Shown: positions 1-5,745 of the stretch, piece by piece | Layout of the letters: each line of letters opens with the position of its first letter | Numbering within the stretch: the stretch's first letter is position 1 | Assembly: GCA_013378385.1 (NCBI GenBank) | Contig: JACAFS010000053.1 | Span: forward strand, 1 to 6,494 | From: Nitrososphaerota archaeon | GTDB lineage: Archaea > Thermoproteota > Nitrososphaeria > Nitrososphaerales > UBA57 | DNA length: 6,494 nt | Direction of reading: 5' to 3' | Translations under genes and position numbers: made by a program | Notes under the pieces: model-generated | Databases searched by the model: none | What the model saw: only the letters and a program-made list of their open reading frames with translations | Told to the model about the DNA's origin: nothing

Positions 1-116
1 AGCGTAAGGCAGCTCCAAAGCGTAAGGCAGCAAAGAAAGCAGCTCCAAAGCGTAAGGCAGCTCCAAAGCGTAAGGCAGCAAAGAAAGCAGCTCCAAAGCG
101 TAAGGCAGCTCCAAAG
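1..116 (+). repeat. Perfect 48-nt tandem repeat with at least 2.4 copies, continuing off the left edge. It lies inside the coding region and encodes the 16-aa unit KRKAAPKRKAAKKAAP.
   Basis: By direct comparison, nt 1-48 are identical to nt 49-96, and nt 97-116 are identical to nt 1-20. Each unit contains an 18-nt plus 30-nt sub-repeat (cgtaaggcagctccaaag / cgtaaggcagcaaagaaagcagctccaaag). Confidence 0.95.
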
Positions 117-218
117 AAGAAAACCAGCAACAATAAAGCGTTAGCGTCTGGTCTTGATGATACATTTCAGAATTGGGTAAATCAACAAGTAGCCTTACTA
201 AATAAGAAAAAACGTTAA
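1..218 (+). CDS. 3' end (5'-truncated by window edge) of a gene for a lysine/alanine/proline-rich basic repeat protein resembling a histone H1 C-terminal tail. Function unknown.
   Basis: The phase starting at nt 3 is open to TAA at 216-218. It translates as RKAAPKRKAAKKAAPKRKAAPKRKAAKKAAPKRKAAPKKKTSNNKALASGLDDTFQNWVNQQVALLNKKKR*. The non-repeat C-terminal 30 aa look like a real amphipathic segment. Of the other + phases, one hits TAA at nt 5 and one closes near nt 140. The stop lies 8 nt before the tpiA start. The ORF is not in the supplied track because it is truncated. Confidence 0.6.
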   Translation, partial: RKAAPKRKAAKKAAPKRKAAPKRKAAKKAAPKRKAAPKKKTSNNKALASGLDDTFQNWVNQQVALLNKKKR

Positions 219-226
219 ATTAGTAA

Positions 227-907
227 TTGACAATAAAAGAGCCTTTAATATTCATTAATTTTAAAACGTATCCAGAAGCTACTGCAGAAAAGGCAATGCA
301 GTTAGCTGAAATTATCAATGATGTATCAAATGAATTAGGAATAACAATATTTGTTTCGCCACAATTTATGGACATTAATTCAATAATTACAAAATACGAT
401 ATACCAATTTTTGCACAACATGTAGATTATGCTGAACCAGGTAGAAATACAGGTCATATAATTCCAGAATCAATTAAAAAGTCTGGATGTTTTGGAGCAT
501 TAATTAATCACTCAGAGAAGCCATTATCTTTGAACGAGATAGAATTAACAATTAATCGATGTAAAGAGACTGAATTAATATCATGTTTATGTGCCAGTAA
601 CGCTGAAGAAACAGAATCTATAGCCAAAAAGCATCCAGATATGATGATTGTGGAGATACCTGAATTGATTGGAACAGGAAAAGCAATTTCTACTGTAAAT
701 CCTGAAGTAGTTATCGATGCAATAAATGTAATTAGAAAAATTGATGATAGAATATTTGTTATTTCTGGATCAGGCATATCAACAAAAGATGATGTTACGA
801 AAGCTGTTGAATTAGGAATGCAAGGTGTCGGAGCCAGTAGAGCATTCGTTACTGCAAATAATCCTAAAGAAGTTTTAACTGAAATGGCTTTAGCGTTAAT
901 TAAGTAA
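227..907 (+). CDS. tpiA: Triosephosphate isomerase, archaeal short type (226 aa)
   Basis: Full-length collinearity with archaeal TIMs as I recall them, e.g. the Pyrococcus type. Shared motifs are N-terminal KEPLIFINFKTY (catalytic Asn/Lys), LINHSE (catalytic His), VEIPELIGTG (catalytic Glu loop) and SGSGIS (phosphate-binding). The start must be TTG at 227: an in-frame TAA sits at 224-226, and the first ATG (codon 24) would delete the NFK motif. Confidence 0.95.
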   Translation: MTIKEPLIFINFKTYPEATAEKAMQLAEIINDVSNELGITIFVSPQFMDINSIITKYDIPIFAQHVDYAEPGRNTGHIIPESIKKSGCFGALINHSEKPLSLNEIELTINRCKETELISCLCASNAEETESIAKKHPDMMIVEIPELIGTGKAISTVNPEVVIDAINVIRKIDDRIFVISGSGISTKDDVTKAVELGMQGVGASRAFVTANNPKEVLTEMALALIK

Positions 908-911
908 TTTA

Positions 912-1319
912 TTAGATAATAAGACTGCCTGCTATTCCTATTGCAGCTATAGTTAGTATTAATCCACCAAGAATAAATAACATCTCAGGGCGTTTTTCAA
1001 TTTCTTTTATTTCTCCGTACTCGTCACGATATTGAGTTATTGCTCTCAGATTGAAAACAGAACCAACAAGCATTGCAAGCATACCACCTGTACGAGTTAC
1101 GTCAATACCAGAAGATACTTCACTAGGTCCAGCTCCTGGATCAGGTCCTTGTACTAAAACGGTTGTTTCACTAAGTTCAACAGTTATTTGTTGACCAACA
1201 ACACCAAGAAGAATAATCATCAAACCTGCAAATATTCGAATAAAATACTTGCGTTCTATGGTTGGATATTGTCTAGATGGTCCACGATACTCTTCCATAA
1301 TACGTTTGTCGTCGCTCAT
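912..1319 (-). CDS. Small integral membrane protein of about 135 aa with 3 predicted TM helices and a Pro/Gly/Ser-rich external loop. Function unknown.
   Basis: ORF track 912..1346. Hydrophobic segments are FIRIFAGLMIILLGVVG, GGMLAMLVGSVFNL and MLFILGGLILTIAAIGIAGSLII. I prefer the ATG at 1319 (MSDDKRIMEEY...) over the TTG at 1346, because a GGGGAG Shine-Dalgarno-like motif (complement of 1323-1328) lies 3 nt upstream of that ATG. It is on the same strand as the Lrp gene and 47 nt downstream of it. Confidence 0.75.
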   Translation of the reverse strand: MSDDKRIMEEYRGPSRQYPTIERKYFIRIFAGLMIILLGVVGQQITVELSETTVLVQGPDPGAGPSEVSSGIDVTRTGGMLAMLVGSVFNLRAITQYRDEYGEIKEIEKRPEMLFILGGLILTIAAIGIAGSLII

Positions 1320-1366
1320 GTTCTCCCCATAATAAAGTTTGAGCAAATTGGTATTAAGTATATCGA

Positions 1367-1816
1367 TTACGGTGCTAAACGAAAGTCTTCTTTAACTGTA
1401 TTAAGTACTAATTTGCTATTAGTTCGTTCAACATTAGACATAGACAAAAGTTTCTTAGTAAAATCACTCATTTCTTCTCGGCTTTTAAATTTTGATATAA
1501 TAATTGCATCATTTTCTCCTGTAACATCATAAACAGCACATGTAGGAGATAATTTAGCAATTGCATTCTCAACTTCAGTAAGTTTTCCTTTGGATACTGT
1601 AATTTCAGATATTGCAATTATATCATACCCCAATTTATCATGATTGAGAATAGCAGAATATGACTCAATTATACCTTCATTTTCAAGTTTTTTTGTTCTT
1701 GTAAGAACTGTTCCAACAGCTAGTTGTAAACGTTTAGCAACTTCCCGATATGAAATCCTAGCGTCTTTGAGATATTCAGAAATTATTCTTTTATCGTTTT
1801 CGTCGAGAGAAGCCAA
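1367..1816 (-). CDS. lrp: Lrp/AsnC-family transcriptional regulator (149 aa; N-terminal HTH plus C-terminal RAM/effector domain)
   Basis: Typical family N-terminus LDENDKRIISEYLKDARISYREVAKRLQLAVGTVLTRTKKLENEGII (winged HTH), followed by an alpha-beta sandwich region (YDIIAISEITV...AVYDVTGENDAIIISKF). The only canonical start upstream of the HTH is TTG at 1816. There is no in-frame ATG/GTG/TTG between it and the upstream in-frame TAA. Confidence 0.93.
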   Translation of the reverse strand: MASLDENDKRIISEYLKDARISYREVAKRLQLAVGTVLTRTKKLENEGIIESYSAILNHDKLGYDIIAISEITVSKGKLTEVENAIAKLSPTCAVYDVTGENDAIIISKFKSREEMSDFTKKLLSMSNVERTNSKLVLNTVKEDFRLAP

Positions 1817-1837
1817 TATGTTATTTATATAGTGAGT

Positions 1838-1850
1838 CTTAAAATTAAAG
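1838..1850 (-). promoter_or_regulatory. TATA-box-like element for the Lrp gene
   Basis: The minus strand reads CTTTAATTTTAAG, centred about 28 nt upstream of the TTG start at 1816. That spacing fits a leaderless or near-leaderless archaeal mRNA. Specificity is weak in AT-rich DNA. Confidence 0.3.
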
Positions 1851-1861
1851 ATTGTTAATTC

Positions 1862-1876
1862 TAGGCAAAATGCCTA
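1862..1876. promoter_or_regulatory. Perfect 15-bp palindrome TAGGCA-aaa-TGCCTA, a candidate Lrp-family operator between divergent promoters
   Basis: TAGGCA (1862-1867) is the exact reverse complement of TGCCTA (1871-1876), with an A/T centre between them. It is flanked by an outer inverted pair, TTGTTAA (1852-1858) and TTAACAA (1885-1891), at asymmetric spacing. It lies between the putative TATA elements of the Lrp gene and the beta-propeller gene. Archaeal Lrp-type regulators typically bind 13-17 bp palindromes with A/T-rich centres. Confidence 0.45.
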
Positions 1877-1914
1877 TAAGCAAGTTAACAAAATATGAAT
1901 AAGGGGAGTTAAGA

Positions 1915-2943
1915 TTGGAACAAAAAAATATGTTAATTATTTTGGTAGTCCTAGGTTTGGTAGTAATGATTTTAGGAATATTTGTGGTTCCCCGTCAGAT
2001 AGCCTATGATCCAAGACCAGGATTAAAACCACAATTACTTTTGGACTTAGATCCTAATTCAAATGAAATGACGAATTTCGCTGAAGGTATTACTTCGGAT
2101 AAAGATGGAAATTTATACATCGGGGAAAATACAGGAAATATTATACGGATTGATCCATTAACTGGGAAAACGGATGTTGTTGGTAAGGTAGAAGCAGATG
2201 GCGAAGGAATTGGTCTTTTTGGTATAAAATTTGATCATGAAGGTGATATTTTTGTTGCAACTGGAGGACGTGGAGAGGTATGGAAATTAAATAAAGAAGA
2301 TATAAGTGCAGATTCTCCTGGTAAAGCCAAACTATTTAAATCTGGATTAAAGTTTGCAAACGACATAGCATTTGATAACTTTGGTAGAATGTTTGTATCA
2401 GATAGCATAAACGGAATACTCTGGGAAGTTGATATGAAAACAAAGGCGCAGAGAGAATTTGCAAATCAATTAGTATCAAGAGATCCAACATTTCCGTTTG
2501 GAATTAATGGACTTGCATTTGATGATGATGGAACATTATATTTTTCAAATACAGGTAATGGTGTAATTCATAAAGTTGAAACTAGAAAAGAAGATGGTGC
2601 AATAGTATCTGTAACTGTATGGAGAAGTCATGATGCGTTATTAGGTGCAGATGGAATTGCTTTTGATAAAGCAGGAAATTTATGGATAGCAGCTAATAGA
2701 AGGAATGCAATATTGGCAATAACTCCAGAGGGCGATGGTGGAAGAAGAATTATTGAAGTAGCTAAAAACGACAATACTGGACCATTAGAATTTCCATCAA
2801 GTGTAGCATTCTCAGGTGAAGCAATATACGTAACTAATTTTGACATAGGAGGAATGGGAGATAATGAAGATAGTTCATTAGGAATAGGTCCATCTATAGT
2901 TAAAATACAATTAGGCGTAGAAGGATTACCAAGTCCAGCTTAA
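1915..2943 (+). CDS. Membrane-anchored or exported six-bladed beta-propeller of the SMP-30/gluconolactonase/LRE (DFPase/regucalcin-like) family. Probably a metal-dependent hydrolase or lactonase; substrate unknown.
   Basis: An N-terminal signal anchor (MLIILVVLGLVVMILGIFVV) is followed by repeated blade motifs: DKDGNLYIGE, DHEGDIFVAT, FDNFGRMFVSD, FDDDGTLYFSN, FDKAGNLWIAA and GEAIYVTNFD. Candidate metal ligands are E57 (AEG), N149 (ND), N198 (NG) and D246 (DG). Their spacing (92/49/48) is similar to the E/N/N/D ligands of DFPase/SMP30 as I recall them. The start is TTG at 1915, with GGGGAG 6 nt upstream; the alternative is ATG at 1930. Confidence 0.8.
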   Translation: MEQKNMLIILVVLGLVVMILGIFVVPRQIAYDPRPGLKPQLLLDLDPNSNEMTNFAEGITSDKDGNLYIGENTGNIIRIDPLTGKTDVVGKVEADGEGIGLFGIKFDHEGDIFVATGGRGEVWKLNKEDISADSPGKAKLFKSGLKFANDIAFDNFGRMFVSDSINGILWEVDMKTKAQREFANQLVSRDPTFPFGINGLAFDDDGTLYFSNTGNGVIHKVETRKEDGAIVSVTVWRSHDALLGADGIAFDKAGNLWIAANRRNAILAITPEGDGGRRIIEVAKNDNTGPLEFPSSVAFSGEAIYVTNFDIGGMGDNEDSSLGIGPSIVKIQLGVEGLPSPA

Positions 2944-2978
2944 AATCAATAAGCTAATATCTGTAATTTCCGTTCTAG

Positions 2979-2988
2979 TTTTTATTTT
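2979..2988 (+). terminator. Oligo-T tract (TTTTTATTTT), a candidate archaeal terminator for the beta-propeller gene
   Basis: T5-A-T4 lies 36 nt downstream of the TAA at 2941-2943, in the 63-nt gap between convergent genes. Archaeal RNAP terminates at oligo-T. Specificity is weak in AT-rich DNA. Confidence 0.4.
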
Positions 2989-3006
2989 GCTTGGAAAAGA
3001 GTAGAT

Positions 3007-5319
3007 TTACTGAAGACCAAGGCGTTTTGATTTTTTTCTTAGTTGGAGTAAGAGGTTTCTTTCAGCGCCATTAACAGAACGACGCGTTCGTATAACTGAA
3101 TCAGGGTTGGCGCTAATACTGTCAATTCCTTCTTCAACTAGTAAAGCTGCAAATTCAGGATATAGTGAAGGAGCTTGTCCACAAATAGAGATTGTTATAT
3201 CATTATCATGTGCAGCCTTAATCAATAATTGTATGGCTTTTAGTACGGCAGGGTCTCTTTCGTTGAAGTATCCAAGATTATATAATAATTCGGAATCACG
3301 ATCAACACCTAATATAAGTTGAGTTAGATCATTACTGCCAATTGAAAATCCATCACATAACTTTGCAAAATCATCTGCTTGAAGAACGAGACTAGGGGTT
3401 TCCGCCATTAGCCAGATTTTAAAATCATCGCTACGTTCAAGACCTTCTTCTTGCATAATTTTTATTGTGTCTTTTACTTCAGATGTGTTTCTAGCAAATG
3501 GTAACATTGTCCAAACATTTGTAAAACCATTATCACGTAATTTTTTGATTGTTTGGCATTCTAAACGAAAAGCAGGATTGTAATCTGGACTTATGTATCT
3601 TGAGATACCCCTCCAACCTATCATGGGGTTTTCTTCATGTGGTTCGTATTTTTCTCCGCCTTCGAGTTTACTATATTCATTTGATTTAAAGTCACTAAAG
3701 CGTACAACAACAGGACGGGGGGCGATCGTACTGGCTACTTTACTTATTCCTTCATAAAGCGTATTAACAAATTTATCAGATTCATTATCTTCAATTAGTT
3801 TTAATGGGTGTTTGGAAATTTTATCAGCAATAAGAAATTCAATACGCATCAATCCAATCCCGTCAAATGGAAGTACTTTATATTTATCAATAAGGTCAGG
3901 AGAACCAAGATTCATATATATTTGAGTAGCAGTCACTGGCCAAGATTCGCCATCAAAGGAAGATTGTTCTTCAGATTTACTTTGGATTTCAACTTTACCA
4001 TCGTATATAGATCCAGAAGAACCGTCTACTGTGACTTCTTGTCCAGTTTTTAAGAGATTAGTAACATCTTTTACTCCTACAATACAAGGGATTCCCAATT
4101 CTCTAGATACTATAGCAGCGTGGGCAGTAGCTCCACCTGATTGAGTAATAATGGCAGAAGCGCGTTTCATAATTGGCGTCCAATCAGGAGTAGTCATTTG
4201 AGTAACAAGAATTTGATTTTTTTGGAAACTAGAAGTATTCTTTATGTCTAAAATGATATTTGCAGTACCAGACCTAACGCCAGCAGAAGCGCCTATTCCT
4301 TTAAGTATAGGTTCAACATCGGGTGTAGATGAAGAATGAACAGTTTCTGGACGTGCTTGTACAATGAAAATATCATGAGAATCTTTTTCAAACACCCATT
4401 CAATGTCCATAGGTTTTTCATAATGCTCTTCAATTTGGACAGCAAAATTTGAAAGAGCTTTTACAACATTATCATCAATTGAAGGTATATTTTGTAGATC
4501 TTCTGGTACGTCAATTTCTGTCGCAGAAGCTCTGTCAGCAATTGCAAATTTTCCTTGCGTAGCTCCTCGAATTGTCATAAGTTGTTTGGTATTGACATTG
4601 CGGGAAGAGATATCCAAATTTGGTTTTGTAACAATAAAAGAATCTGGATCAACTTTACCCTGTACAATGGTTTCTCCTACACCCCATGAACTTTCGATAT
4701 AAATTTCATTTTTATTTCCGCTAACAGGATTTAGTGTAAACATAACACCTGCAGATTCAGGATCTAACATTCTCTGAACAGTAATACTAGCTAAAACAAG
4801 GAAATGGTCAAAGTTTTTTTCATGTCTATAAGATATTGCACGAGATGAAAAAACCGAACTAAGGCATTTTTTAACAGATTTAAGAACGTTGTCTATTCCT
4901 TTGATGTACAGAAAAGAATCCATTTGGCCCGCAAAACTGGCAGAAGGTAAATCTTCAGCAGTGGCACTACTTCGTACCGCAACTTCTATGTTGTCACCTA
5001 AAGAAGCATACGAAGAAGAGATTTCAGAAATTATATCTTCAGAAAGAGGAATATTTTCAATAATCTTCCTAATTTGATCACTGCAAGAATTAATTGAATT
5101 AAAATCATCAATGTCTAGAGTATCTAGAATTTCACTAATTTGAGTTTTAAATTCGGACTCTATGACTAATTTTTTGTATGCAAGGGTAGTTATAGCAAAT
5201 CCACCAGGAACTGGAAGACCTGCGTTCAATAATTCACCAAGATTAGCGCTTTTTCCGCCTACTAGATCACCATCTTTATGATTCAAAGAATCTAGTGTTC
5301 GAATATAGGAATTAGACAT
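3007..5319 (-). CDS. ppsA: Phosphoenolpyruvate synthase (pyruvate, water dikinase)
   Basis: Collinear with PpsA throughout. Matches are the N-terminal ATP-grasp region (VGGKSANLGEL, AVRSSATAEDLPSASFAGQ), the phospho-His swivel domain (GGATAHAAIVSRELGIPCIVG) and the C-terminal PEP-utilising domain (FSIGSNDLTQL, ISICGQAPS). The track ORF extends to a TTG at 5370 (787 aa). I prefer the ATG at 5319 (MSNSYIRTLDSL..., 770 aa), which matches the usual short N-terminus before the GGK motif. ATG at 5337 is a further alternative. Confidence 0.95.
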   Translation of the reverse strand: MSNSYIRTLDSLNHKDGDLVGGKSANLGELLNAGLPVPGGFAITTLAYKKLVIESEFKTQISEILDTLDIDDFNSINSCSDQIRKIIENIPLSEDIISEISSSYASLGDNIEVAVRSSATAEDLPSASFAGQMDSFLYIKGIDNVLKSVKKCLSSVFSSRAISYRHEKNFDHFLVLASITVQRMLDPESAGVMFTLNPVSGNKNEIYIESSWGVGETIVQGKVDPDSFIVTKPNLDISSRNVNTKQLMTIRGATQGKFAIADRASATEIDVPEDLQNIPSIDDNVVKALSNFAVQIEEHYEKPMDIEWVFEKDSHDIFIVQARPETVHSSSTPDVEPILKGIGASAGVRSGTANIILDIKNTSSFQKNQILVTQMTTPDWTPIMKRASAIITQSGGATAHAAIVSRELGIPCIVGVKDVTNLLKTGQEVTVDGSSGSIYDGKVEIQSKSEEQSSFDGESWPVTATQIYMNLGSPDLIDKYKVLPFDGIGLMRIEFLIADKISKHPLKLIEDNESDKFVNTLYEGISKVASTIAPRPVVVRFSDFKSNEYSKLEGGEKYEPHEENPMIGWRGISRYISPDYNPAFRLECQTIKKLRDNGFTNVWTMLPFARNTSEVKDTIKIMQEEGLERSDDFKIWLMAETPSLVLQADDFAKLCDGFSIGSNDLTQLILGVDRDSELLYNLGYFNERDPAVLKAIQLLIKAAHDNDITISICGQAPSLYPEFAALLVEEGIDSISANPDSVIRTRRSVNGAERNLLLQLRKKSKRLGLQ

Positions 5320-5344
5320 CACTATATTATAGGTCATGTAAATT

Positions 5345-5356
5345 GTATTAAATATT
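5345..5356 (-). promoter_or_regulatory. TATA-box-like element for ppsA
   Basis: The minus strand reads AATATTTAATAC, centred about 31 nt upstream of the ATG at 5319. This is consistent with a very short leader and argues against the 5370 and 5337 starts. Confidence 0.3.
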
Positions 5357-5402
5357 ACGAAATTAGTCAATAATTTAGTATAATTATCCGGAAGCTAATT
5401 TT

Positions 5403-5414
5403 CAAATATAATTA
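5403..5414 (+). promoter_or_regulatory. TATA-box-like element for the 5433-6228 membrane-protein operon
   Basis: CAAATATAATTA is centred about 25 nt upstream of the TTG at 5433. It lies in the 113-nt divergent region shared with ppsA. Confidence 0.3.
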
Positions 5415-5432
5415 TGTTGTTGTGTATAATGC

Positions 5433-5744
5433 TTGCTGTATCAAATTTACTTTTTAATTTTATTGAATCCGTATTTGATTGTACCAATATTAATATTTTT
5501 CATAGGACTGTTATTTTATATTTTTATAGAAAGGAAGAGAGAATTACAGATATCGATTTTATGGGGTAATTTTACCATATTATTTGGAATTATATTCTTA
5601 TTTTTATTGAGTCAACTAGAGGTTCAGACGTTTCGAGAAGATTTAGGAATATGGAAGAGAATTGCATCAATAATAGTACTTACAGGTTCTATATATTCGG
5701 TAATTTTAATAATATCAGAAATTAAGTCTTTGGAGAGAAAATAA
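5433..5744 (+). CDS. Hypothetical integral membrane protein (103 aa, about 3 TM helices)
   Basis: A 103-codon open frame in stop-rich AT-rich DNA. It is strongly hydrophobic, with basic loops (ERKRE, WKR) between helices. It contains no ATG codon at all. The TTG at 5433 is the second codon after an in-frame TAA (5427-5429). Its stop lies 1 nt before the next gene's ATG. Confidence 0.7.
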   Translation: MLYQIYFLILLNPYLIVPILIFFIGLLFYIFIERKRELQISILWGNFTILFGIIFLFLLSQLEVQTFREDLGIWKRIASIIVLTGSIYSVILIISEIKSLERK

Positions 5745-5745
5745 C

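Noticed and set aside
1-116. CRISPR array or satellite interpretation of the 48-nt repeats
   Set aside because: The copies are directly abutting with no unique spacers. They maintain an open reading frame that runs on into a non-repeat C-terminus and a stop, which fits an in-frame coding repeat.
508-777. 89-aa minus-strand ORF inside tpiA
   Set aside because: It lies entirely antisense to a gene with unambiguous family motifs. Its translation is low-complexity and has no features of its own. This is a typical shadow ORF.
1188-1532. 114-aa plus-strand ORF spanning the 3-TM gene, the intergenic gap and the 3' end of lrp
   Set aside because: It is antisense to two better-supported genes and crosses their intergenic region. 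Its translation is AT-driven (N/K/I/L/S-rich) with no motif. Shadow ORF.
1644-1832. 62-aa plus-strand ORF antisense to the lrp 5' end
   Set aside because: It overlaps the clearly conserved HTH-coding region on the opposite strand and has no independent signal.
2628-2846. 72-aa minus-strand ORF inside the beta-propeller gene
   Set aside because: It is antisense to a region with clear blade-repeat motifs. Shadow ORF.
3107-5077. Three plus-strand ORFs (3107-3322, 3808-4053, 4889-5077) inside ppsA
   Set aside because: All are antisense to ppsA, which is collinear with the PEP synthase family across its whole length. Their translations show no motifs. Shadow ORFs.
5361-5400. Inverted repeat AATTAG...CTAATT and the small TAATT/AATTA hairpin in the ppsA / membrane-operon intergenic region
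   Set aside because: The arms are pure A/T, short (5-6 bp) and 28 nt apart. This is expected by chance in this composition and does not resemble the palindrome at 1862-1876.
5414-5572. 52-codon ATG-initiated ORF (MLLCIMLAVSNLLF...) overlapping the start of the 103-aa membrane ORF in another frame
   Set aside because: It is shorter, and its product is not coherently hydrophobic or domain-like. The 103-codon frame is far less likely to be open by chance and runs directly into the downstream gene. I keep it only as a caveat, since a frameshift error could in principle link the two frames.
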